From contig CBDCKN010000009.1 of assembly GCA_965218295.1 (NCBI GenBank), positions 416,001 through 480,000 of the forward strand: DNA of 64,000 bases. Direction: 5' to 3'. Every line of letters starts with the position of its first letter. Position 1 is the first letter of the stretch. The DNA is from Longimicrobiales bacterium. GTDB lineage: Bacteria > Gemmatimonadota > Gemmatimonadetes > Longimicrobiales > Gaopeijiaceae. The notes under the pieces were generated by a model. That model made no database searches. It was given only the letters and a program-made list of their open reading frames with translations, and was not told where the DNA came from. A program made the translations under genes and the position numbers. Positions 54,170 to 63,537 of this stretch are shown one piece after another.

Positions 54170-54935
54170 AACTCAGAGGATATCTGGCCGTAGCATTCGT
54201 GGGCCTCTGCCTCCTCGCAGCCGACCTGGCCCAACGGTTGGTCATCACACCGTGGACCTGGCTTCGGCCCTCGCGTCGGATCGCGATCCTCAGCCGGTGG
54301 ATACAGACCATGGCCTGGCTGGTCACGCGGCCCGTGTCGGTCATCGGCAGGGCGCAACTTCCGGTCCCCCCGAAGATCCCCTTCGAGCCCGGGGTCCTCA
54401 TCCTCATGAACCACCAGTCGATGTTCGACGTCCCGATGGTCGTGCAATCCGTAAGGCCCGGACACCCCGGATCGTAACCCGGAAGCGATACACCAGGTGG
54501 ATCCCGCAAATCTCGCATATGACGAGGCTCTATCAATACCCGACGGTTAACCCCAGGGGAACGGCCTCGGAGATGCGGACAGCCCTTGAGGAGCTGCGCG
54601 AAACGGCCCGTACCTCCGAGGTGCCGCTGGCGCTCTTCCCCGAAGGAACACGCGCGAAGGACGGCGAGATCGGGAAGTTCAGGACCTCTGGAATGAGAGT
54701 GATCCTGAGGGCCCGGCCGTGGAGGGTATACGTCCTGGTCGCCGACGGCTTCTGGCATGTGGCGAAGCTCAAGGACTTCGTCGAAGGGGTCTCGAAGCTC
54801 CGGGGACGCGTGGAGCTGGCCGGCGTCCTGAACTGGACGGATCCGGAGGCCGATGCGAGGCCGTTCATCGACCAAGTACGTGAACTGATGGTCCGGACAC
54901 TCGCCGACATGCGCGCCGGAGCGCCGGTCGCGTGA
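54166..54935 (+). pseudogene. lysophospholipid acyltransferase (PlsC-like), one frameshift near 54465
   Basis: NHQSMFD in the first frame, LFPEGTR in the second. Confidence 0.85.
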
Positions 54936-55876
54936 GCGATATGTCCTGGCCCGGTGTCGGTGAGCTGGCTGCGGCCCTCGTGGGTGCGACGGGCTCGTCG
55001 GTCCGCGTGATCCTCCTCTACGGATCCCACCTGACCGACGCCAGCCCCGACCGGCACAGCGCGTTCGACTTCGTCGTCGTGGTGGGAGATTACGCGTCGT
55101 TCTACTCGGGGCTCAGCGCCGCTGGAGAGTTGCACCGTCCCGTATGGTTGATGACACAGATGGCACGTGTGCTGCCGCCCAACGTCATCGCGTTCGCTCC
55201 GAACGAGGGCGAGGAGGGTATCGCGAAGTGCGTGATCGTCAGCCGGGATCATCTCACGAAGGTGCTCGGATCCGAGCCGCCCGACCACTTCCTGCTGGGG
55301 CGCATGGTCCAGATGCTGGGGAAGGTGTGGATCGCGAGTCCCGAGGACGAGTCCTGGATCGATGCGCAGCTGGCCGGCGCGCGCGGCCGCGTGCTCGAAT
55401 GGATGGTCCCGTACCTCGACGCGCCCGTGGACGCGGCGGGGTTCGGCCGCCGCATGCTCGAGGTCTGCTACCAGGGCGAGCTCCGGCCCGAGTCACGGGG
55501 CCGGCCCGACCGGCTCTCCGATGCCCAGGACGGCCATTTTCGGGAGCAATTCGGCGCGGTGCTCGCGCGGGGTGAGGAGGACGGCGTCCTGCGCCGGGAG
55601 GGCCAGGCGTTCGTGCTGGCCACCCCCGCACCGGCACATGTCAGGCGACGTTGGCGTCGCCACTTCCGGCGCTCGAAGGTCCACGCCACGCTTCGCTGGT
55701 TCAAGCACATCCTGACCTTCGCCAACTGGCTGCCGTACGTGGTGCGGAAGGTGGAGCGCCACACGGGCCGCCCCATCCACCTGACCACGCTCGAGCGGAA
55801 GCTGCCCCTTATCTTCCTGTGGCCGCGCGCGATCAAGGTCCTCCTGACCCGTCCTCCGCGAGAGATCTCGAAATGA
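54932..55876 (+). CDS. nucleotidyltransferase-fold protein, Tam41/Mmp37-like (putative phosphatidate cytidylyltransferase)
   Basis: LYGS...DFVVVV, AKCVIVS, LGRMVQ, CYQGELR.E, LTF....Y..RK are collinear with Tam41 motifs as recalled; lipid operon context. Confidence 0.6.
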   Translation: MSDMSWPGVGELAAALVGATGSSVRVILLYGSHLTDASPDRHSAFDFVVVVGDYASFYSGLSAAGELHRPVWLMTQMARVLPPNVIAFAPNEGEEGIAKCVIVSRDHLTKVLGSEPPDHFLLGRMVQMLGKVWIASPEDESWIDAQLAGARGRVLEWMVPYLDAPVDAAGFGRRMLEVCYQGELRPESRGRPDRLSDAQDGHFREQFGAVLARGEEDGVLRREGQAFVLATPAPAHVRRRWRRHFRRSKVHATLRWFKHILTFANWLPYVVRKVERHTGRPIHLTTLERKLPLIFLWPRAIKVLLTRPPREISK

Positions 55877-56607
55877 GAACGGACTTCGTCGTCCTGCTGT
55901 TCATCCTCGGCGTGGCCGTGGGCTCGATGCCCGTCTACGCGTTGGGCCCCGGGCGGAGGTCCGAAGACCCACACGACGTGGCGGACCGGGGGGGCTTCGT
56001 GCTTGGGAGCTTCGTGCGAAGCTGGTTCTACTGGTTTATCCGGCCGGTCGAGGTCGTATCCGTGGCGCTCAGGCTCTCACCGACCGCGTTCAACCTGCTC
56101 GGCGCCGCGTTCGGCATCGCGGCAGGTGTGTGCTTCGGACTCGGATACGTGAACCTCGGGGGCTGGGGGGTGCTCATGGGCGGTGCGGCGGACGTGCTGG
56201 ACGGCCGAGTCGCGCGGGCGCGAGGGATGGCGGACGAGCGTGGGGCCTTTCTGGACTCCACGCTCGATCGTTTCGCCGAGGTCGGCGCGTTCGTCGGCCT
56301 GGCCGTCCTCTTCCGCGACTCGACCCTGGCGCTGACCCTGGCCGTCACCGCGCTGGGCGGATCCCTATTGGTGAGCTATGCCCGGGCGAGGGGCGAGAGC
56401 GTCGGCGTGGTGTGTAAGCTGGGTGTCATGCAGCGAGCCGAACGGCTCCTCCTGATCGGGTTCGGCGGCATCCTCGAGCCGGCCGTGAGCGAGTGGGCCG
56501 GCTGGGCTCCCGGGACGTTGCTCACCGGAATCCTCGGGCTCGTCGCAGTCGGGACGGTAGGCACGGCGGTGTTCCGGACGGTCTGGATCACCAAGCGGTT
56601 GTCGTAA
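55873..56607 (+). CDS. CDP-alcohol phosphatidyltransferase
   Basis: DVLDGRVAR......GAFLDSTLD signature; SYARARGE; MQRAER. Confidence 0.92.
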   Translation: MRTDFVVLLFILGVAVGSMPVYALGPGRRSEDPHDVADRGGFVLGSFVRSWFYWFIRPVEVVSVALRLSPTAFNLLGAAFGIAAGVCFGLGYVNLGGWGVLMGGAADVLDGRVARARGMADERGAFLDSTLDRFAEVGAFVGLAVLFRDSTLALTLAVTALGGSLLVSYARARGESVGVVCKLGVMQRAERLLLIGFGGILEPAVSEWAGWAPGTLLTGILGLVAVGTVGTAVFRTVWITKRLS

Positions 56608-56861
56608 CCCGCCGTCTGACAGGCCCACCCGCTCCTTCAACTCCTCAAACCAGTTATCGACAAGGATCAATTGAGTGTCGAACTCTCCAACCTTCAGCAT
56701 CACCAATCGCTGGTCATCTGGGCTGATATCGTATCCCGCGTGACCGTTCCCGATTAGGTAGGCGGCCAAGGGAAACAGGACTCGCTGCCCCTCTCTGCCA
56801 ACTTACGTGAGACACAGAGCAGCTAAGGAATTAGAGTAGGGCGAAGGCAGAGAAACCGAGG

Positions 56862-57311
56862 ATGCTGAGACACCGTGAGAGAATGAAAGAGAATGGAATA
56901 GCCCCACCAACCTGGGACGGTAAGCGAAGCGCGGCAGCTCCTGCGGACTCGGAGGTGGTAGATAGGCCGCTGCGCCGGCGGTTCGCTCCGTCGTACAAGC
57001 TGCGGATCGTCGAAGAAGCGGACCGGTGCACGGAGCCCGGAGAGGTTGGCCGACTCCTACGGCGGGAGGGCTTGTACTCGTCGCACCTGACGACATGGCG
57101 CAAGGCGGCGCATAGCGGGTCCCTGAAAGCGCTGTCGAAGAAACGAGGCCGTAAGCGCGAGCGCAATCCGCTGGAGGAGAAGGTGCGCAAGCTGGAGCGC
57201 GAGAACACTCGCCTCGAGAAGGAGCTCCAGAAGGCGCACTTGATCATCGACGTCCAGGGAAAAGTTGCAGGGCTGCTGGGATTGAGCCTCGAGGACGGGA
57301 CGAACTCATGA
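56862..57311 (+). CDS. IS3-family OrfA
   Basis: Same translation as 23871-24320. Confidence 0.9.
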   Translation: MLRHRERMKENGIAPPTWDGKRSAAAPADSEVVDRPLRRRFAPSYKLRIVEEADRCTEPGEVGRLLRREGLYSSHLTTWRKAAHSGSLKALSKKRGRKRERNPLEEKVRKLERENTRLEKELQKAHLIIDVQGKVAGLLGLSLEDGTNS

Positions 57312-58315
57312 AGGCGACCCAGGAGCTAGCCAAGCACGTAGGGGTGAAGCCCGCGTGCGATGCGCTCAGGGTGCCGCGAGCCACGTTCTACCGTCGTCGG
57401 AGTGCATCGACCGGGCATCAGCAGCCCCGCCCGACCCCCGCCCGGGCCTTAAGTGAGAGGGAGCGGGACAAGATTTTCGACACCCTGTGTTCGGAGCGGT
57501 TCGTGGACCGGTCCCCAGCCGAGGTGGTGGCGACGCTGCTCGACGAGGACGTCTACCTGTGCAGCGAGCGTACGATGTATCGCGTTCTGGCTTCCCAGGT
57601 GCCGGTTCAGGAGCGTCGAGCGCAGCGGAGTCATCCCAAATACCAGAAGCCCGAGTTGATGGCGAGGGGCCCGAACCAGGTCTGGTCCTGGGATATCACC
57701 CGGCTGCTGGGGCCGAAGAAGTGGAGTTACTTCTACCTCTACGTGATCCTGGACATCTTCAGCCGCTACGTCGTGGGATGGATGGTGGCGGATCGGGAGA
57801 ACTCTGCCCTGGCCAGCCGGCTGATCCAGCAGAGTTGCTTGAAGCATGGCGTCCAGCCCCACCTCCTGACCCTGCATTCCGATCGAGGGGCTCCGATGAC
57901 GAGCCAATGCACGGCTCAACTACTCGCCGATCTCGGCGTGACCCGCTCGTTGGGCCGACCCCAGGTCTCGGATGACAATCCGTTCTCCGAGGCTCAGTTC
58001 AAGACCTTGAAGTACCATCCCTCGTTTCCCGGCCGGTTCGGGGATCAGGGGCAAGCCAAGACCTTCTGTCGCTCGTTCTTCCGTTGGTATAATGCCGAGC
58101 ACCGCCATGGCGGCATCTCGATGCTGACCCCCGAACAGGTCCACTTCGGTCACGCCGATCGGATCATCGCCTGCAGGAAGGCCGTGCTCCGTGAGGCATG
58201 GGCCGCTCATCCCGAGCGCTTCGTCTCCGGTGAGCCGAAGCCTAAACCACTCCCGGAGGCCGTCTGGATCAATCCTCCCACCCCATCCCTCACTACACAG
58301 GAGATTGCTCTCTAA
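57308..58315 (+). CDS. IS3-family transposase OrfB
   Basis: Same translation as 22867-23874. Confidence 0.95.
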   Translation: MKATQELAKHVGVKPACDALRVPRATFYRRRSASTGHQQPRPTPARALSERERDKIFDTLCSERFVDRSPAEVVATLLDEDVYLCSERTMYRVLASQVPVQERRAQRSHPKYQKPELMARGPNQVWSWDITRLLGPKKWSYFYLYVILDIFSRYVVGWMVADRENSALASRLIQQSCLKHGVQPHLLTLHSDRGAPMTSQCTAQLLADLGVTRSLGRPQVSDDNPFSEAQFKTLKYHPSFPGRFGDQGQAKTFCRSFFRWYNAEHRHGGISMLTPEQVHFGHADRIIACRKAVLREAWAAHPERFVSGEPKPKPLPEAVWINPPTPSLTTQEIAL

Positions 58316-58961
58316 TTGATTTCCAAGAGTGTCTCACTGGCGTTGACAGGTTCCGGCTGCCCCACAGCGAACGATGGATCTCTGATGATTTCGGCAACCA
58401 TTTGTTCGTCAGCGTTCGCCGTTCCCTGATAAAACAACTCTCGACCATTGTGTGCCCACACGGCCTCATCGCCTCTAGTCGTGGATATCTGCCACCTGCC
58501 CGCATCAACGTCGGGGAAGGGACGCACATACACCTGAATATCGCCGTCGTCCTGGAGCCAGGTGTGGGCTAGCCAGCGACCGTCGGGGGAAAGTGAGATC
58601 TCAAGCGCCGCTCCCTCCGTGACCAATGGAGTCGCTGCGCTGTCCACCCCGGGGCGTATCGCGTAGATGTCGGAGTTCGCGATGAATGCGTCCGATTCCA
58701 CGAAGACCAGCCAGGTGCCGTCGGGCTTGGACGACTGCGATGACAGCGCCGGAGTCGATCCACCTTGCCAACCTCGGGATGATGAGCGCGTAGAACACTG
58801 CCATAATGGCGAGCAAAATGAACGTTTCTTGGTGGGTGAAGAATCCTCTCGATCCATGATTCTCGGTCATCGCGGGCAGCTCGCGCATGGCAGTTACAAG
58901 ATTGTCCTGTTCGTGGGTGGTGCCTGAGCTGAAATCTAGCGGGTTCTCTAGAGACGAGCGC

Positions 58962-59195
58962 CTATTCCATGCGCACATAGCGATAGAGTCGGTACCCATC
59001 ACGCTGCTCGAGGCCGTCGGGTTCGTAGCCTTGGGCGAGTATGGCGTCGAGGACCAACGCCATGCCCGCCCCTATGAGATCCGGATCGCCGTCGAAGGTC
59101 ATCCCGTCCGAGATCGCGAGCTCGAAAGAAGGACCTTCGAGCTTGGTCGCTACGACGTGGGCGTGAGCCGATTCGGCGGACTCGAAAATGGTCAT
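58962..59195 (-). CDS. small hypothetical protein
   Basis: Protein-like composition, purine-rich sequence upstream. Confidence 0.5.
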   Translation of the reverse strand: MTIFESAESAHAHVVATKLEGPSFELAISDGMTFDGDPDLIGAGMALVLDAILAQGYEPDGLEQRDGYRLYRYVRME

Positions 59196-59204
59196 CGTGT
59201 GTCC

Positions 59205-59295
59205 CTACTCCTGCCGCAACGTCTTCGCCGGGTCCAGGTTCGCCGCCCTTCGGGCCGGTACTTCCGTCGCCAGCAGAGCCGTCACGCACAGGAGT
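59205..59295 (-). pseudogene. C-terminal stub of an ABC permease
   Basis: Translates ...TALLATEVPARRAANLDPAKTLRQE*, similar to the end of the 4566 gene. Confidence 0.6.
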
Positions 59296-59355
59296 AGAGC
59301 CCGGTCGCCGGTTTTGTCTCTTGCGGCTTGCCCCGGAGGAGTCCAGATACGCTGG

Positions 59356-59796
59356 CTAGCCAGCGCTGGCCCACAGTTTCAGGACGATGTCATCCACTGA
59401 AAGCGGACCTCCTGCACTGTCCACAACAGCTAGCCACTCGGTAGGCATGGTCAGCCCCTGTGGTGGGATGGGTTCCGCGCCTACCGAGTAAGCAAGCGCT
59501 AGAATGACCGGCCCCTCGTGTATCGCAGGCGGCTGTACTAGGCGCGAGAAATCCTGGACCACCACCTTCTCCTCGGGCGACAGAGAATCCGCGACAAGCC
59601 AGAACTGGCATCGAGCATTCGGGCCGAGAGCGACAATCAGTGAGCGAGCGCCGGTGTTTTCTCTCGTGGCGTAATGTGAAGTGAGGACGTCTTGAACGCC
59701 GTTGAGGTATTCCGACAAAGCGTCGGGGCCACCCGACAGACGTGGCGCCATCACTTCCTCTGGTTGGAGGAGAGTTATGTTCTGCAGATGGAACAT
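59356..59796 (-). CDS. hypothetical protein
   Basis: 146-aa ORF with globular composition. Confidence 0.6.
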   Translation of the reverse strand: MFHLQNITLLQPEEVMAPRLSGGPDALSEYLNGVQDVLTSHYATRENTGARSLIVALGPNARCQFWLVADSLSPEEKVVVQDFSRLVQPPAIHEGPVILALAYSVGAEPIPPQGLTMPTEWLAVVDSAGGPLSVDDIVLKLWASAG

Positions 59797-59810
59797 GTCT
59801 TGAAGCGCCC

Positions 59811-60092
59811 TCAGCCGATTCGAAAGACTCGGCGGTTCTCGTTAGGCCGGTACAACAACCACGCATCCGGTGGCACCGCCTCGCGGAGCTCATCGCAGTC
59901 CCCAGGTGGGGGCTGCTGGCCAGGAGGTTCTCCCGGGTGCCAGACGCGGCAGCCTCCGGGAGGTGGCATCTGCCCATGTGGGATGTCGTAGACTTCGTCT
60001 GCTAAAGGATACGCAGGCGCCTCCGCGGTAAGCGCAACGCTGCAACCGCCCAGCACCCCTGCCACCGCGAGTATCCAAAAGGACCTATTCAT
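59811..60092 (-). CDS. small Pro-rich lipoprotein
   Basis: Lipobox LGGC; IPHGQMPPPGGCRVWHPGEPPGQQPPPGDC. Confidence 0.6.
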   Translation of the reverse strand: MNRSFWILAVAGVLGGCSVALTAEAPAYPLADEVYDIPHGQMPPPGGCRVWHPGEPPGQQPPPGDCDELREAVPPDAWLLYRPNENRRVFRIG

Positions 60093-60292
60093 GTGCCCCC
60101 TCCGATGCCGGACATCTATCCTCCACGAACACAAAATCATCGACCCCAATATAGGCTCACAGCGATCTGACGGCTTCAATCGACGAGACAACCGACTGGA
60201 CCAAGGAAGTCGCCGCAAACCGAGGTGGGCCTCTGTACGCCGACAGTGAGCGACTGCTGCGGGAGCCACTGATGATACTGCTTCTGCCACCC

Positions 60293-60697
60293 CTATCGGT
60301 CCACAACTGTGAAATCGTGGCTCGTTTCGATCTGGCGCCCGCCACTATCCTCGATGCGCAGCGTGACGCGGTACGATCCCGCCTCCATCTCCCTGGGTGT
60401 GATCGTCCGGCTGCGGGAGGTCGCGAACCCGTCCGCGTGATCGTCCCAGCTGATGCGGACTGGGTCTACTGGGTCTGGGGCCCTTCCCAAAAGGCGACGC
60501 ACTCCGCCTACCACACCTCCGTCAGCAATGGGCCTGAGGGTCACTCGCCCCGTGAACGGCTCGTCATCGGGCAGACCGCAGACGATGTACGAGACCTTGA
60601 TCTCCGCACCCTGGAGGACCGTGCCGAGCGGCTCTACGAGCAGTTCGCGATCACCATCGGATGCGTCTCTCCTACGCCTCTGACGACGGATAGGCAT
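60293..60697 (-). CDS. hypothetical beta-rich protein
   Basis: 'AGSYRVTLRIEDSGGR....HDFTV' Ig-like ending; start uncertain. Confidence 0.5.
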   Translation of the reverse strand: MPIRRQRRRRDASDGDRELLVEPLGTVLQGAEIKVSYIVCGLPDDEPFTGRVTLRPIADGGVVGGVRRLLGRAPDPVDPVRISWDDHADGFATSRSRTITPREMEAGSYRVTLRIEDSGGRQIETSHDFTVVDR

Positions 60698-61098
60698 TCT
60701 AAAGACCCTTTCCGAGTGCGGTACCCTGCTTGAGCGAGGCGAGACCCTCCCCTTGCAAAACTGACCCAGGCTAAGGTGAACGCTCGCCGTCCGGCCATAC
60801 AAGGACGAGACGAGCGGATGCGTGGATGGGCAGCGGTGGATGGAGCGGGGTGGACCCTCAAACCAGAGGGACGAAGGCATGGGGGTGTGCTCTCAGTCTG
60901 AGCCACCATCGAGGCCGAGACATTCGGGGGTCGGATCGTCCTGCGCCGCGGCGGGTCCGAGAGTCGGCAGGACCTGGTCCGCTGATTTTTCGAAGGATGC
61001 AACTTCCGGCGGTGAAATCTCGTCTATAGTTATGACCCGAGTCATGACCATGCGGGGATGCCTTCCCCGAGTCGGTTCACAGAGAAGGAGCAGTAGGG

Positions 61099-61347
61099 AT
61101 GAAAACAAGCGATTCGACACAGGACATGCCCAGGCAACCCAACGATACCCGAGGAGGTGGCACCGTGACCTTCGCCGAGTTCATCGAGTGGAACAGCGAG
61201 GGTCAGATGAAATCGGCAGCAAAGGAAGCAAAGAAAGAGTCGAGGGCCCTGGTGTTCATCGAGGTCACCGGCGTCATCGTCGCTTGCATCGCGATCATCG
61301 CTTCCCTCGCCTATCCCGTCGTGACCGCCGCTTTGTGGGTCGGATAG
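61099..61347 (+). CDS. small membrane-anchored hypothetical protein
   Basis: AAGGAG upstream; C-terminal TM helix. Confidence 0.45.
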   Translation: MKTSDSTQDMPRQPNDTRGGGTVTFAEFIEWNSEGQMKSAAKEAKKESRALVFIEVTGVIVACIAIIASLAYPVVTAALWVG

Positions 61348-61461
61348 AGACCTCCGTGATCTGGCCGTTGGAGAGCAACCGGAACCGACCAAGACGGACA
61401 ACTGGATCGTACACGGGCGCACTCCGGGATCAGACCGAGGTCAATGTCCTATGAGGGGGCT

Positions 61462-61575
61462 GGTAGGCGCAAGCAGAAGGGTGGAGAACCGCCCTTACAC
61501 GCGCTCTGAGCGTCTTCGGGGTGTATTCGGTATTTGGGTCCGGCTGAAGCGCCCTCGTGGTTTAGAGGGCCGTTA
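61462..61575. repeat. imperfect inverted repeat partner of 63355-63538
   Basis: 61493-61575 aligns to the reverse complement of 63355-63438; 61462-61477 equals the reverse complement of 63523-63538. Confidence 0.8.
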
Positions 61576-61656
61576 TCGGCGTGCTCATGTGTAAGCGACT
61601 ACAGCAACACCCAAGGCGGAACCTGTCAACGCCAGTGAGACACTCTTGGAAATCAA

Positions 61657-62664
61657 TTAGAGAGCAATCTCCTGTGTAGTGAGGGATGGGGTGGGAGGAT
61701 TGATCCAGACGGCCTCCGGGAGTGGTTTAGGCTTCGGCTCACCGGAGACGAAGCGCTCGGGATGAGCGGCCCATGCCTCACGGAGCACGGCCTTCCTGCA
61801 GGCGATGATCCGATCGGCGTGACCGAAGTGGACCTGTTCGGGGGTCAGCATCGAGATGCCGCCATGGCGGTGCTCGGCATTATACCAACGGAAGAACGAG
61901 CGACAGAAGGTCTTGGCTTGCCCCTGATCCCCGAACCGGCCGGGAAACGAGGGATGGTACTTCAAGGTCTTGAACTGAGCCTCGGAGAACGGATTGTCAT
62001 CCGAGACCTGGGGTCGGCCCAACGAGCGGGTCACGCCGAGATCGGCGAGTAGTTGAGCCGTGCATTGGCTCGTCATCGGAGCCCCTCGATCGGAATGCAG
62101 GGTCAGGAGGTGGGGCTGGACGCCATGCTTCAAGCAACTCTGCTGGATCAGCCGGCTGGCCAGGGCAGAGTTCTCCCGATCCGCCACCATCCATCCCACG
62201 ACGTAGCGGCTGAAGATGTCCAGGATCACGTAGAGGTAGAAGTAACTCCACTTCTTCGGCCCCAGCAGCCGGGTGATATCCCAGGACCAGACCTGGTTCG
62301 GGCCCCTCGCCATCAACTCGGGCTTCTGGTATTTGGGATGACTCCGCTGCGCTCGACGCTCCTGAACCGGCACCTGGGAAGCCAGAACGCGATACATCGT
62401 ACGCTCGCTGCACAGGTAGACGTCCTCGTCGAGCAGCGTCGCCACCACCTCGGCTGGGGACCGGTCCACGAACCGCTCCGAACACAGGGTGTCGAAAATC
62501 TTGTCCCGCTCCCTCTCACTTAAGGCCCGGGCGGGGGTCGGGCGGGGCTGCTGATGCCCGGTCGATGCACTCCGACGACGGTAGAACGTGGCTCGCGGCA
62601 CCCTGAGCGCATCGCACGCGGGCTTCACCCCTACGTGCTTGGCTAGCTCCTGGGTCGCCTTCAT
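61657..62664 (-). CDS. IS3-family transposase OrfB
   Basis: Same translation as the other copies. Confidence 0.95.
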   Translation of the reverse strand: MKATQELAKHVGVKPACDALRVPRATFYRRRSASTGHQQPRPTPARALSERERDKIFDTLCSERFVDRSPAEVVATLLDEDVYLCSERTMYRVLASQVPVQERRAQRSHPKYQKPELMARGPNQVWSWDITRLLGPKKWSYFYLYVILDIFSRYVVGWMVADRENSALASRLIQQSCLKHGVQPHLLTLHSDRGAPMTSQCTAQLLADLGVTRSLGRPQVSDDNPFSEAQFKTLKYHPSFPGRFGDQGQAKTFCRSFFRWYNAEHRHGGISMLTPEQVHFGHADRIIACRKAVLREAWAAHPERFVSGEPKPKPLPEAVWINPPTPSLTTQEIAL

Positions 62665-63110
62665 GAGTTCGTCCCGTCCTCGAGGCTCAATCCCAGCAGC
62701 CCTGCAACTTTTCCCTGGACGTCGATGATCAAGTGCGCCTTCTGGAGCTCCTTCTCGAGGCGAGTGTTCTCGCGCTCCAGCTTGCGCACCTTCTCCTCCA
62801 GCGGATTGCGCTCGCGCTTACGGCCTCGTTTCTTCGACAGCGCTTTCAGGGACCCGCTATGCGCCGCCTTGCGCCATGTCGTCAGGTGCGACGAGTACAA
62901 GCCCTCCCGCCGTAGGAGTCGGCCAACCTCTCCGGGCTCCGTGCACCGGTCCGCTTCTTCGACGATCCGCAGCTTGTACGACGGAGCGAACCGCCGGCGC
63001 AGCGGCCTATCTACCACCTCCGAGTCCGCAGGAGCTGCCGCGCTTCGCTTACCGTCCCAGGTTGGTGGGGCTATTCCATTCTCTTTCATTCTCTCTCGGT
63101 GTCTCAGCAT
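62661..63110 (-). CDS. IS3-family OrfA
   Basis: Same translation as the other copies. Confidence 0.9.
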   Translation of the reverse strand: MLRHRERMKENGIAPPTWDGKRSAAAPADSEVVDRPLRRRFAPSYKLRIVEEADRCTEPGEVGRLLRREGLYSSHLTTWRKAAHSGSLKALSKKRGRKRERNPLEEKVRKLERENTRLEKELQKAHLIIDVQGKVAGLLGLSLEDGTNS

Positions 63111-63537
63111 CCTCGGTTTCTCTGCCTTCGCCCTACTCTAATTCCTTAGCTGCTCCGTGTCTCACGTAAGTTGGCAGAGAGGGCTCCGTGTCTCACGTAA
63201 GTTGGCAGAGAGGGGCCCCCTTCAGACTCGCCCTCACTGTGGGGAACTAACCTCCTCGCATCAGTCCCCTCCAGCCATCGCCCAACCTCATCATCACCCA
63301 TAGCTTGAGCGCATGGGCATGCACTCTTTGGTTTCGCTCAGTTCAACAAGGCGTTAACGCCCCTCTAAGCCACGAGGACGCTCCAGCCTACCCCCGAAAT
63401 ACCGAAGACAACCGAAGCCGCTCAGAGCGCGTCTAAGGCACGTACCGAGCATGTGTCGCCAATCCGTTGATCGCAAGGAATACGGAGCCATAAGCCTTCG
63501 ACTCACCCGCCGGAGGAGCCTCTCTGCTTGCGCCTAC

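Larger units (their letters stand above)
56789..58355 (+). mobile_element. IS3-family element copy 2 (1567 bp)
   Basis: Same ends and ORFs as copy 1; flanked by GCTGC on both sides. Confidence 0.95.
56622..58725 (-). pseudogene. 3' remnant of a paralog of the kinase/beta-propeller gene, split by IS3 copy 2
   Basis: 56622-56788 and 58356-58725 align closely to about 16420-16960 (PDGTWLVFVESD...NWFEELKERVG). Confidence 0.88.
61617..63183 (-). mobile_element. IS3-family element copy 3 (1567 bp), with an extra tandem left end at 63184-63214
   Basis: Same ends and ORFs as copies 1 and 2. Confidence 0.95.
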
